Shown here piece by piece: positions 9,773 through 18,310 of a DNA stretch of 41,444 bases (the stretch's first letter is position 1; each line of letters begins with the position of its first letter). The notes beneath the pieces were generated by a model. That model did not search any database, had not been told where the DNA came from, and saw only the letters and a program-made list of their open reading frames with translations. Origin of the DNA: Desulfobacterales bacterium. GTDB taxonomy: Bacteria; Desulfobacterota; Desulfobacteria; Desulfobacterales; SG8-13. Position numbers and translations under genes: made by a program. The stretch spans positions 1 through 41,444 of the forward strand of contig JBAVJU010000210.1 in assembly GCA_049687935.1 (NCBI GenBank), in the 5' to 3' direction.

Positions 9773-10018
9773 ATGCCGATCTATGAATTCAAGTGTTTGA
9801 AATGTAACGAATGTTTTGAAATCTTAGTCATAAGCAACAAGGATTCGGTCGAAATGCGGTGTCCGGCGTGCGGCGCGGAAGACTTCGAACGCATTCTCAG
9901 TTGTGCCAGCTATTCCATGAACGGTGGTGCCGGTTCTGGTCAGGGCGTGAAGGCCAAAACACGAAACTGTTCGGGGGGATCCTGCAGCACCCTCGAAATT
10001 CCCGGGCCGTCTCGATAG
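9773..10018 (+). CDS. FmdB-family zinc-ribbon protein
   Basis: Starts MPIYEFKCLKCNECFE with a second CxxC (CPACG). This is the characteristic N-terminal pattern of the CxxC_CxxC_SSSS / FmdB family. 81 aa. Confidence 0.75.
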   Translation: MPIYEFKCLKCNECFEILVISNKDSVEMRCPACGAEDFERILSCASYSMNGGAGSGQGVKAKTRNCSGGSCSTLEIPGPSR

Positions 10019-10237
10019 GACCTTGATCACCGCCCCATGTTATCCTTCCGTTAACAAACACAGAAGCAGCCGACTGCAAACCGATCACCGGCAGAGCCCG
10101 GTCGTTTTCGATAGGCGCCAGGGGTTTTTAATGGACCGTTGGGCGGAGTTATTAGCTGATGCAACAAATAAGACGGGCCGAACGACGCGTCATTTTGTTC
10201 ATATATCGAATTCGCGACCTAAGCAACGGGGCCCAAA

Positions 10238-10921
10238 ATGATTCAGCAGATTCACAAGCAGGAAAAAGAACAATTCAAAAAGCTTTTTAAGCAGGAGCAT
10301 ATCGACCGCTTCGAAGACCGTTTTAAAGTTCTGGATATCTTTCTAAAAACCGAACAGCATGTGACCGAAGCCGAGATGGCGCGGCTCCTGCAGGAAAACG
10401 GCAATGAGCTTTCGGACGACTTCGTCAGGGAAACCCTGAACCTGATGTGCCGTTTCGGCTTTGCCCGCGAAAACCGGTTTGACAACGGCACGGTTCGCTA
10501 CGAACACCTCCATCTCGGTGACCATCACGATCACATGATCTGCACGAAATGCAAAAAAATTTTTGAGTTTCGCAACGACCAGATGGAAACCCTGCAAGTC
10601 AATATCGCAGCCGCTATCGGTTTCCACATGTTGCAGCACAAAATGGAGATCTACGGTATTTGCGCTGAGTGCTTGAAGGACCGTGCATTAGTGATGCCGC
10701 TTGATTTGGCCCGTCCGGGAGAGAGGCTCGTGATCAAGCAGATCAGCGGCGGGGCCGGTGCCAGGATGCGGTTGCTGACAATGGGACTACGAATCGGCGA
10801 TCCTATCGAAGTCATTACCAATCAAAACAACGGCCAGGTCGTCATAGCGGCCGACTTCAAGCGCTATGCTCTCGGCCGCGGGCTAGCCGAAAAAATAATG
10901 GTGGAGCCGGTGCGGCGATGA
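10238..10921 (+). CDS. Fur-family transcriptional repressor fused to a C-terminal FeoA domain
   Basis: Residues 1-150 carry a winged-helix region, the metal site HHDH and the structural CxxC...CxxC (CTKC...CAEC). Residues 153-227 read LARPGERLVIKQISGGAGARMRLLTMGLRIGDPIEVI...ALGRGLAEKIMVEPV, a typical FeoA/SH3-like pattern. Confidence 0.75.
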   Translation: MIQQIHKQEKEQFKKLFKQEHIDRFEDRFKVLDIFLKTEQHVTEAEMARLLQENGNELSDDFVRETLNLMCRFGFARENRFDNGTVRYEHLHLGDHHDHMICTKCKKIFEFRNDQMETLQVNIAAAIGFHMLQHKMEIYGICAECLKDRALVMPLDLARPGERLVIKQISGGAGARMRLLTMGLRIGDPIEVITNQNNGQVVIAADFKRYALGRGLAEKIMVEPVRR

Positions 10922-10969
10922 CCCCGGAAAAATCTGACGAGAGACCGCAGGTCTTTACCGTAAACTCCA

Positions 10970-11905
10970 ATGACCAGAACCGACGCGTCTTACATAAGAC
11001 TGATCGAACAGGGTAAATTGGCGGAAAAAATCCGTTCGGCACGATCGATGCTGCACGCCTGCACCATGTGCCCCCGTGAATGCCGTGTCGACCGCCTAGC
11101 GGGTCAAACCGGCATCTGCAAAACCGGCGCATATGCGTGGGTGTCCAGCTACACACCCCACTTCGGCGAAGAAGCACCTCTGGTGGGCACCAACGGCTCC
11201 GGAACGATATTTTTTACCCATTGCAACCTGCTGTGCATCTTTTGCCAGAACTTTGACATCAGCCATGAGGGTATCGGTCAGGAGGTCAGTGCCGAACAAC
11301 TGGCTGCGATAATGATCGATTTACAGCGCATGGGCTGCCATAACATCAATTTTGTGACACCCTCGCACGTCGTCTGGCAGATATTGGAAGCCCTGGCCAT
11401 AGCCGCCGGAAATGGACTTCGGGTGCCACTGGTTTACAACAGCGGGGGCTATGACCGGGTCGAGACACTGCAATTGCTCGAAGGCGTCTTCGACATATAC
11501 ATGCCGGATTTTAAATTCTGGGACCCCCGGGTGGCTGAAGAAACCTGCAACGCCCCCGACTACCCAGAGGTTGCCCGCAACGCTTTACGGGAAATGCACC
11601 GCCAGGTCGGTGACCTTGTGATCGATGGCGACGGAATCGCCAGACGCGGTCTGCTGGTTCGACACCTTGTTTTGCCCGAAAGCCTGGCCGGCACACGTGA
11701 GATCATGCGGTTTATCGCCGATGACATATCGACCGATACCTATGTTAACATCATGACCCAGTACAGGCCCTGCGGCCGTGCCGCCGAAGTTCGAGAACTG
11801 GCGGCTTATCCCACTGAAAACGACTTCCAGAAGGCCCGTCGAGCCGCTATAGAAGCAGGAATCCGGCGTCTCGACCGCCCCGGGCGCGTTTTCGCGCTGC
11901 GGTAG
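10970..11905 (+). CDS. radical SAM protein, PflX-like (pyruvate formate-lyase activase homologue family)
   Basis: Radical SAM cluster motif CNLLCIFCQN (Cx3Cx2C), plus an N-terminal Cys-rich segment CTMCPRECRVDR...GICK as in COG1313-type proteins. Confidence 0.75.
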   Translation: MTRTDASYIRLIEQGKLAEKIRSARSMLHACTMCPRECRVDRLAGQTGICKTGAYAWVSSYTPHFGEEAPLVGTNGSGTIFFTHCNLLCIFCQNFDISHEGIGQEVSAEQLAAIMIDLQRMGCHNINFVTPSHVVWQILEALAIAAGNGLRVPLVYNSGGYDRVETLQLLEGVFDIYMPDFKFWDPRVAEETCNAPDYPEVARNALREMHRQVGDLVIDGDGIARRGLLVRHLVLPESLAGTREIMRFIADDISTDTYVNIMTQYRPCGRAAEVRELAAYPTENDFQKARRAAIEAGIRRLDRPGRVFALR

Positions 11906-11944
11906 GCTGAAATCGACTTTGGAACAAAGCGAGCGATCAGAATA

Positions 11945-12580
11945 ATGGAACGAATATATGCGGTCGGCGATATCCATGGGTGCTATGATAAGCTTCTAAT
12001 ATTGATGGAAAAAATAGATATCGATTTCGAATTCGACACCCTGGTTTTCCTGGGAGACTATATAGATCGTGGGCCGCAGTCCTTCGAGGTCGTCGCCTAC
12101 CTGGCCGACCTGAAACAAAGATACGCCAACACCATTTTTCTGAAGGGCAATCACGAGGAGATGCTCGAAAAATACCTCTCCGGCGAGGACCGGATCACTT
12201 ATTTGGTCAACGGCGGTCAGCAAACGCTGGAGAGTTATATGAACCGTCCTCGGCCTGAGGGTGAACCGGTGATACCGAGAACGCATCTCGAGTTTTTCAA
12301 ATCCCTGCGGATCTATCACGAAACCCAAAACTACATCTTCGTTCACGCCGGTCTAAAAAACAAAGTGCCGCTCGAAAAACAGAAAACAGAGGACCTTTTA
12401 TGGATTCGAAGGCGCTTCATCGAATCGAAGTACGATTATGGCAAGATGGTCGTATTCGGCCATACACCGTTGCACGAACCGCTTCTTTTACCGAATAAAA
12501 TCGGCATCGATACCGGTGCCGTCTACGGCAACCGACTCACCTGTGTGAGGTTGCCGGAACTGGTTTTTTACACCGTCTGA
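11945..12580 (+). CDS. metallophosphoesterase (Ser/Thr phosphatase, ApaH/PrpE-like)
   Basis: Calcineurin-like motifs GDIHG, GDYIDRG, GNHE and FGHTP. Confidence 0.8.
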   Translation: MERIYAVGDIHGCYDKLLILMEKIDIDFEFDTLVFLGDYIDRGPQSFEVVAYLADLKQRYANTIFLKGNHEEMLEKYLSGEDRITYLVNGGQQTLESYMNRPRPEGEPVIPRTHLEFFKSLRIYHETQNYIFVHAGLKNKVPLEKQKTEDLLWIRRRFIESKYDYGKMVVFGHTPLHEPLLLPNKIGIDTGAVYGNRLTCVRLPELVFYTV

Positions 12581-12762
12581 TGGCCTTGACGGCAACCCAT
12601 ATTGATCACCGGCCATGGATGTCACCAATGGGATATGGCACTTTGACGCTGCTGGCTTTTTGGGTCGTCTTCAATCAATCCGCCTTGGCCGAGCTTGATC
12701 TTATCGTTTTGTCCTACCCGCAAGAGCGACACATGAGCCGTGACCTGTCTGTTTTTCGATAA
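12580..12762 (+). CDS. hypothetical small protein (60 aa, one hydrophobic segment); may be non-coding
   Basis: The ATG overlaps the phosphatase stop (TGATG). It has one hydrophobic stretch (GYGTLTLLAFWVVF). I recognise no homology and no clear RBS. Confidence 0.2.
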   Translation: MALTATHIDHRPWMSPMGYGTLTLLAFWVVFNQSALAELDLIVLSYPQERHMSRDLSVFR

Positions 12763-12774
12763 AGGGACCGATAT

Positions 12775-13791
12775 ATGTATGCGCAGTTAAAGTTCAAGCC
12801 GGACAGCAAACTGATCGTAGGGGTTGGGTCAGCCCTGGTAGACATACTAACCCACGAAAATGAAGCGTTTCTGGAGCAAACAGGTGCCGTCAAGGGGGGC
12901 ATGACCCTGGTGGAGAAAGATTTTATCGAAGCTGCCTTGGCCCGCTCCACCGGCAAGCGCAAGATCGTGCCGGGAGGATCAGCCTGCAATACGGCGGTGG
13001 GTGTTGGCCGGTTGGGCGGTCGGGCCCGTTTTGTCGGCAAGTGCGGTAACGGAGAGTGGGGTCGCTTCTTTCGTGAAGATTTGCTGCGCCAAAACGTGGA
13101 GCCAGCTCTTTTCGGCTCCGATTCGCCCACAGGCCGGGTGCTGTCGATTATTACGCCCGACGCGCAACGATCAATGTTTACCTATCTGGGCGCATCTTCG
13201 GAAACCCAGCCCGCGGAACTGACCAACGGCTGTTTTGAAAACGCGGCTGTTGTGCATATTGAAGGGTATCTGCTGTTCAATACGGAACTGATGTTAACGG
13301 CCTTGCGTGCCGCGCGTGCGGCCGGCGCTCTGATCTCGCTCGACTTGGCCAGCTTTACGGTCATCGAGGAATCACGCGACCTGCTGGATCGAATCGTCAA
13401 GGAATACGTCGACATCGTTGTCGCCAACGAAGATGAAGCCCGCGCTTTTACGGGTCTCACCGACGAGCAGCAGTCCTTGGCGGTTCTGGCGCAAATGGCC
13501 GATATTGCGGTGGTCAAGCTCGGCGAACGGGGCAGCGCCATCTCCCACCAGGGCCGAATGATGCGCATTGATCCGCTGGGGTCCGGCCGGGCGGTGGATA
13601 CAACGGGCGCCGGTGATCTCTGGGCTTCCGGCTTTTTATACGGACTGGTAAACGGATACCCGTTGGAGCGGTGCGGTCGGATCGGCTCGGCTTGCGGTTA
13701 CGAAGTGTGCCAAGTTATCGGCGCTGCCATTCCGGAAGAAGGCTGGCGGCGCATAAGGGAAATGGTAGAGGAGAGCCAAAATGGCGATTAA
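12775..13791 (+). CDS. PfkB-family carbohydrate/nucleoside kinase (adenosine kinase-like)
   Basis: GGSACNTAVG N-terminal motif and the DTTGAGD anion-hole/ATP motif near the C-terminus. 338 aa. Confidence 0.8.
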   Translation: MYAQLKFKPDSKLIVGVGSALVDILTHENEAFLEQTGAVKGGMTLVEKDFIEAALARSTGKRKIVPGGSACNTAVGVGRLGGRARFVGKCGNGEWGRFFREDLLRQNVEPALFGSDSPTGRVLSIITPDAQRSMFTYLGASSETQPAELTNGCFENAAVVHIEGYLLFNTELMLTALRAARAAGALISLDLASFTVIEESRDLLDRIVKEYVDIVVANEDEARAFTGLTDEQQSLAVLAQMADIAVVKLGERGSAISHQGRMMRIDPLGSGRAVDTTGAGDLWASGFLYGLVNGYPLERCGRIGSACGYEVCQVIGAAIPEEGWRRIREMVEESQNGD

Positions 13792-14503
13792 AAAAAAGGT
13801 CTCGCGTAAACAACTACTCAAGGAACCCGATGAGTTCCTAACACTGTCGGCCCGGTTGTTCCAATTTGTTGTCAAAAACAAATATCAGATGCTCGCCGCT
13901 TTAGGCGGCGTGATTCTGATCGTCTTAACCGTTTCGGGGTGGAGCTATCATACCCGCCAGCGTGCCAACGAGTCCCTGGCGCAGCTGCAGAAAAGCTGGA
14001 ATCGGTACGAAACGCTGCGCAACGGGAAGGATAAAGATCCGGTGCTGGCATACCAGGAGGTCAGAACCGAATTCGAGCAACTGATTGCCGAGTCCGGTGA
14101 CAAACCGGGTGGAAAATTGGCGCGCGTTATCTTTGCCGATATTTCCTATGATGCCGGCGAAGCAGACAAAGCCATCGCCCTGTATCAAAGCGCGCTGGAA
14201 GATTTTACCCAACCGTTTTACAGAGACCAGATTTTAAACGGTTTGGGCTATGCCTATGAGGCAAAGAAGGAATACGAAACCGCATTGGAATATTTTGGAA
14301 AAATTTCCGTGGGAAACGACCCGGTGCTTAAAGCCGAGGCCCTTTTCAACATGGGGCGCCTGTACGCGGCACTGGGCAACACAGAAAAAAGTCAGCAGGC
14401 CTACCAGAAAATCGTCGCCGATTCACCGCAATCGTTTTACGCCGAATTGGCAAAAGAACGGGCGGGAAACAAAGCGGTCGAACCAGCCGCATCTGCAAAC
14501 TGA
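13781..14503 (+). CDS. membrane-anchored TPR protein (YfgM-like architecture)
   Basis: Short basic N-terminus, one TM helix (MLAALGGVILIVLTVSGW), then TPR-like repeats (AIALYQSAL, ALEYFGKI, AYQKIV). It overlaps the upstream kinase gene by 11 nt, with a GGAGAG RBS. Confidence 0.65.
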   Translation: MAIKKKVSRKQLLKEPDEFLTLSARLFQFVVKNKYQMLAALGGVILIVLTVSGWSYHTRQRANESLAQLQKSWNRYETLRNGKDKDPVLAYQEVRTEFEQLIAESGDKPGGKLARVIFADISYDAGEADKAIALYQSALEDFTQPFYRDQILNGLGYAYEAKKEYETALEYFGKISVGNDPVLKAEALFNMGRLYAALGNTEKSQQAYQKIVADSPQSFYAELAKERAGNKAVEPAASAN

Positions 14504-14512
14504 ATACCAAGG

Positions 14513-15892
14513 CTATTTAGACCCGATATCCAGGTTGTACTTCTTGATCTTTTGATTCAGACCGCTTTTACCGATCCCGAGCAACTCCGCCGCCCGCGAC
14601 TGAATGTAGCCGGTTTTCTTCAAGGCTCTCAAGATCATGGTTTTTTCGATCATCGTCAGGGTGTCGTACAGTTTAGCATCCGCAGGAACACTTTCTATGT
14701 AAAGATCGTCGTGGGCAGTTTCCTTGAAGCTTTTCGGCAGATCCGCTGGGGTGATGACACCGCCCGGGCTCATGATCATAATACGCTCGATGAGGTTTTC
14801 GAGTTCCCTCACATTTCCCGGCCAACTGTACTCGTAGAAGAGCCGTTCAACGTCGGGGTCGATCCCGGTCACCGGCACGCTGTGCTTGCGTTCATCGGCG
14901 TACTTCTTGATGAAGTGATCCAACAGAAGCCGGATATCCTGCTGTCGCTGCTTGAGCGACGGCAGGGCGATATGGACGACGTTGAGACGGTAATAAAGGT
15001 CTTCGCGAAATCGTTCCTTTTTCATTTCCTCTTTCAGGTTACGGTTGGTGGCGGCAATGACCCGGATGTTGACCGCTATCGGTTTTGTGCCGCCCACCCG
15101 TTCGAAAACCTTCTCCTGCAGCACCCGCAAGAGCTTCACCTGCAGGCCGGTTGACATATCGCCGATTTCATCCAGAAAAAGGGTGCCGGAATCGGCCAGT
15201 TCGAAGCGTCCCTTTCTCATCGACACCGCACCGGTAAAAGCGCCCTTCTCATGTCCGAAAAGCTCACTTTCAAGAAGCGTTTCGGCCAGTGCGGAACAGT
15301 TAACGGCTACGAAAGGCTTTTCCCGGCGGGGGCTGTTAAAGTGGATCGACTTCGCCACCAATTCTTTACCGGTGCCGCTCTCGCCTTCGATCAGAACGGT
15401 GGCATTGCTGGGAGCGACCTTACGTATCGTATCAAAAACCTGCTGCATGACCTTGCTCTTACCGATGATGTTGCCGAAGCTGTACTGGGAGGAAACGGCA
15501 TTGCGCAGATCCCTGTTTTCCTTGATCACATGAAACATCGCGACGGCTTTTCTGACGTAGATGATCAGACGATCGTTGTCAAAAGGCTTTAAAATATAAC
15601 TGTAGGCGCCCTTCTGCATGGCTTCCACCGCCTTGTCCACGGTCCCGTAGGCCGTCATCATGATTACCGGCAGTTCCGAATCTCTGGTCTTGATTTTCTC
15701 GAGCAGTTGAATACCGTCCATCAGCGGCATTTTCATGTCCGTCAGGACCAGGTCCACGTCCGAACCCTCCAGGATTTCAAGTGCTTCGGGGCCGCTGTTG
15801 GCGGTTAATGTTTCGAATCCCTCCTCTTCCAGGACGGCACCCAGAATCCGTGTGTAGTTTTTCTCGTCGTCGACGATGAGAACGGTTTCCAT
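14513..15892 (-). CDS. sigma-54-dependent response regulator (NtrC/AtoC family)
   Basis: Receiver domain (LIVDDE...DLVLTDMKMP), AAA+ domain with Walker A GESGTGKE and a canonical GAFTGA loop, Walker B LFLDEIG, and a C-terminal Fis-type HTH (AAELLGIGKSGLNQKIKKY). Confidence 0.9.
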   Translation of the reverse strand: METVLIVDDEKNYTRILGAVLEEEGFETLTANSGPEALEILEGSDVDLVLTDMKMPLMDGIQLLEKIKTRDSELPVIMMTAYGTVDKAVEAMQKGAYSYILKPFDNDRLIIYVRKAVAMFHVIKENRDLRNAVSSQYSFGNIIGKSKVMQQVFDTIRKVAPSNATVLIEGESGTGKELVAKSIHFNSPRREKPFVAVNCSALAETLLESELFGHEKGAFTGAVSMRKGRFELADSGTLFLDEIGDMSTGLQVKLLRVLQEKVFERVGGTKPIAVNIRVIAATNRNLKEEMKKERFREDLYYRLNVVHIALPSLKQRQQDIRLLLDHFIKKYADERKHSVPVTGIDPDVERLFYEYSWPGNVRELENLIERIMIMSPGGVITPADLPKSFKETAHDDLYIESVPADAKLYDTLTMIEKTMILRALKKTGYIQSRAAELLGIGKSGLNQKIKKYNLDIGSK

Positions 15893-15894
15893 GG

Positions 15895-17358
15895 TTATCC
15901 TTTCTGTTGGAGGGGTAAATGAATGATAAACCGCGCCCCTCCATCGGAAGTATTTTCGACAAATATATCTCCGCCGTGTGCTTCGACGATGTTCTTCACG
16001 ATCCCCAGCCCCAAACCGGTTCCTTTGTCCTTAGTCGTGAAGAAGGGGTCCCATACTTTTCCCAGAATTTCCTGAGGTACACCGCCCCCCTGGTCTGCGA
16101 TGATCACTTCGATCAGATCCGGCTTGGCCTGTACCTGGAGGAAAATCTGGCCTCCATTCGGCATCGCCTGTAAGGCGTTGATGAAAATATTGAGAAATGC
16201 CTGATAAAGCATGTCTGCGTCCGCGGTCACCGCCGGCAGATTGTCAGCGATGGTCTTTTGGACGCTGTATCCCTTGCCCTCCAACTGCAGTGAAAGGTAG
16301 GTCAGATTTTTTTCTAAAACCTCTTCTATCCGGCAGGGGGTGAGGTGTGGCGTTCGCGGCCGGGCGTATTTCAAGAAGTCTGTTATGATGTTGTTCAGAC
16401 GGCTTGATTCTTCGATAACGATATCCGGAATGGTGTTGTTCGGATCAAATCCGGTCATCTTTTTTTTGAGCAGCTCAGCGGAACTGCGAATGATGCCGAG
16501 GGGGTTACGGATCTCATGGGAAATCACTGCAGCCATTTCGCCAAGCGCAGACAGGTGGGCGGCTCGGTTGAGCTGTTCCTTCAGGCGCAGTCGCTCTTGC
16601 GCCCGCTGTTCGATGATCCCTTCGCCCCTTTTGACCACGAATATCAGTGCCAGAAAGAGCACCAGCATGACCAATGTGCTGGTGGTCACGACATAGACTT
16701 GGTATTTGAATATCGATTTGTATTCGTCGGATAGGTCCTGCACAATTTCGATCACGCCCAATACCGGTCCGGAAATACGGGACGGCAACTGCTCCGCGCG
16801 CAGCGGCGCATAGGTAATGAACCGGCTTTCTTTCGGTATGCCGAAAAGGATCTCTAAGAAATTGCCGCGCTGAACCTGGCGGGAAACTGAATTGCCATCC
16901 ACCGCCGACTGGTAGCCGGTGCCTCCCATATTAGTTTTGCCGATCAACTCCTGGTTGAAGCTGTAAGAAATGACATTGTTCATGTCGTAAATATTGACCG
17001 TCTCGACCTTGAAACTGTGCAAGGTATTGCGCACCACTTTATCCATGAGTTCATACTGCTCCTCGTTTCTGAGCTGAATCTTGCCGTAACGCAGAACAAC
17101 GGGCATTATAAACTGCAAAAAAATCTGGTGATTCAGGTTCTCGATGATCAAAAGGGCATATTCTTCACTCTTTTCACGCTGCATGGCGCGCTCCCAATGG
17201 GTGTTCAGTACCGACAGGATGATGGTCCCGAAAAATAGCAATATCAGACTGGTGACGGTAAAGTACTTTACCAGTCGGAACGGTTTGGATCTTTCTTCAA
17301 CCGCTTGGTCGCTCGATTTCAAAACCTGTTCACCTTTCGGCAGAGAGATAGCGTCCAT
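15895..17358 (-). CDS. sensor histidine kinase with a roughly 190-aa extracytoplasmic domain
   Basis: Two TM segments flank a putative periplasmic sensor domain. H-box SHEIRNPL; the N-box and G-boxes (DQGGG, GTGLGLGI) are present. I recognise no HAMP or PAS domain. Confidence 0.85.
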   Translation of the reverse strand: MDAISLPKGEQVLKSSDQAVEERSKPFRLVKYFTVTSLILLFFGTIILSVLNTHWERAMQREKSEEYALLIIENLNHQIFLQFIMPVVLRYGKIQLRNEEQYELMDKVVRNTLHSFKVETVNIYDMNNVISYSFNQELIGKTNMGGTGYQSAVDGNSVSRQVQRGNFLEILFGIPKESRFITYAPLRAEQLPSRISGPVLGVIEIVQDLSDEYKSIFKYQVYVVTTSTLVMLVLFLALIFVVKRGEGIIEQRAQERLRLKEQLNRAAHLSALGEMAAVISHEIRNPLGIIRSSAELLKKKMTGFDPNNTIPDIVIEESSRLNNIITDFLKYARPRTPHLTPCRIEEVLEKNLTYLSLQLEGKGYSVQKTIADNLPAVTADADMLYQAFLNIFINALQAMPNGGQIFLQVQAKPDLIEVIIADQGGGVPQEILGKVWDPFFTTKDKGTGLGLGIVKNIVEAHGGDIFVENTSDGGARFIIHLPLQQKG

Positions 17359-17953
17359 AGTGGGCTGTTGCAGTGCGTAATGCTTCCTTTAACTTGCTTA
17401 AACAATAAGGCCTGCTGAAACCCTCTAATACAATTAAAATGGCATCAGCCTGTCGCGATGCGAAGTTAGCATGCCAGGATCAAAATATCAATCACCGGCC
17501 AGAGATTCGTAAAGCCGCCGTCCACAAATAGTCGATGCTTTTGAATACGACTTTACTGCTGCCCGTCCGCCAGTCTTCAGTTGGAGCGGCAAAGCGTTGA
17601 AAAATCTGCGCCGGCGGCATCAGACGTGAACTCGTCATTCCATTTGAATCAAACAGCCCGCGGTCGATTAAACTTTCGCCCCAAAAGGCCGATAAAGAAA
17701 ATTAATCCCGTCACTCTATAACGGTTTCAGGAACTTGACATCGGGGTAAAGAAAAGTTTGCGCTTTAAACCTGACAATCGCCGCCGGGGTTCGATACATC
17801 AACCGGAACCGCCGGCCACCGGCGAATAAAAAAAATAGGGTACCGCATTCTCAACTTTTGTGTTACAATGTACTTTAAAGTGATGTTCAAAGTATAGACA
17901 CCCAAGATGTGGGTCAATACAAAAACGATAAGCCCAATATAGTGTAACTATTT

Positions 17954-17971
17954 ATAATTATGCATAATTAT
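17954..17971. promoter_or_regulatory. 18-bp perfect palindrome ATAATTATGCATAATTAT (candidate operator)
   Basis: The sequence is self-complementary over all 18 nt. It lies just upstream of a TTGACT(17984)-N17-GATCAT(18007) promoter-like element, 132 bp before the XRE gene. A second 10-bp palindrome, AAATTAATTT, is at 17976-17985. Confidence 0.35.
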
Positions 17972-18102
17972 GATAAAATTAATTTGACTTATACATGGCA
18001 GTATGCGATCATTGACAAAAACGAACAGGATGAAATGCCTCGCAGTTTTCAGAGGCCGATAATATTCACTGCTAATCCAAATGACGGCAACAGACCCGGT
18101 TA

Positions 18103-18300
18103 ATGCAAAAAAACACCTTAAAAAAAGTAAGGGAAGCGCGGTTGATGAGCAAAACCGAACTCGCACGAACCGCTGGAGTTTCACCCATAACAATTTCACG
18201 CATCGAAAACGGGTTGCCGTGCCGCATGGCAACCCAACGAAAAATCATACTGGCTTTAGGACTGAAACTTTCAGACAAGCGCAAAATCTTTAATGATTAA
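18103..18300 (+). CDS. XRE-family helix-turn-helix transcriptional regulator (65 aa)
   Basis: LKKVREARLMSKTELARTAGVSPITISRIENG matches the Cro/C1-type HTH consensus (compare LSQEELA...GVSRSTISRIENG). Confidence 0.7.
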   Translation: MQKNTLKKVREARLMSKTELARTAGVSPITISRIENGLPCRMATQRKIILALGLKLSDKRKIFND

Positions 18301-18310
18301 GAGAGCTCCT

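Noticed and set aside
10019-10237. Search for a Fur box upstream of the Fur-FeoA gene
   Set aside because: I found only a weak TTATT-N13-AATAA inverted repeat and nothing resembling the GATAATGATAATCATTATC consensus. That is not enough to call an operator.
17440-17456. Sigma-54-like element TGGCATCAGCCTGTCGC
   Set aside because: The -24 GG is present, but the -12 position reads TC instead of the conserved GC at the required spacing. It also lies about 650 nt from the nearest downstream start. A second TGGCAG at 17996 has the wrong spacing too.
17786-17796. GGGGTTCGATA resembling a tRNA T-loop
   Set aside because: There is no complementary T-stem 3' strand, and no acceptor or anticodon arms can be drawn around it. 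I found no tRNA anywhere in the window.
17948-18232. 94-aa minus-strand ORF in the AT-rich region, overlapping the XRE gene
   Set aside because: It runs through the palindromes and promoter-like elements and overlaps a well-formed HTH gene on the other strand. Its composition is Phe/Ile/Leu/Cys-rich, as expected from AT-rich non-coding DNA.
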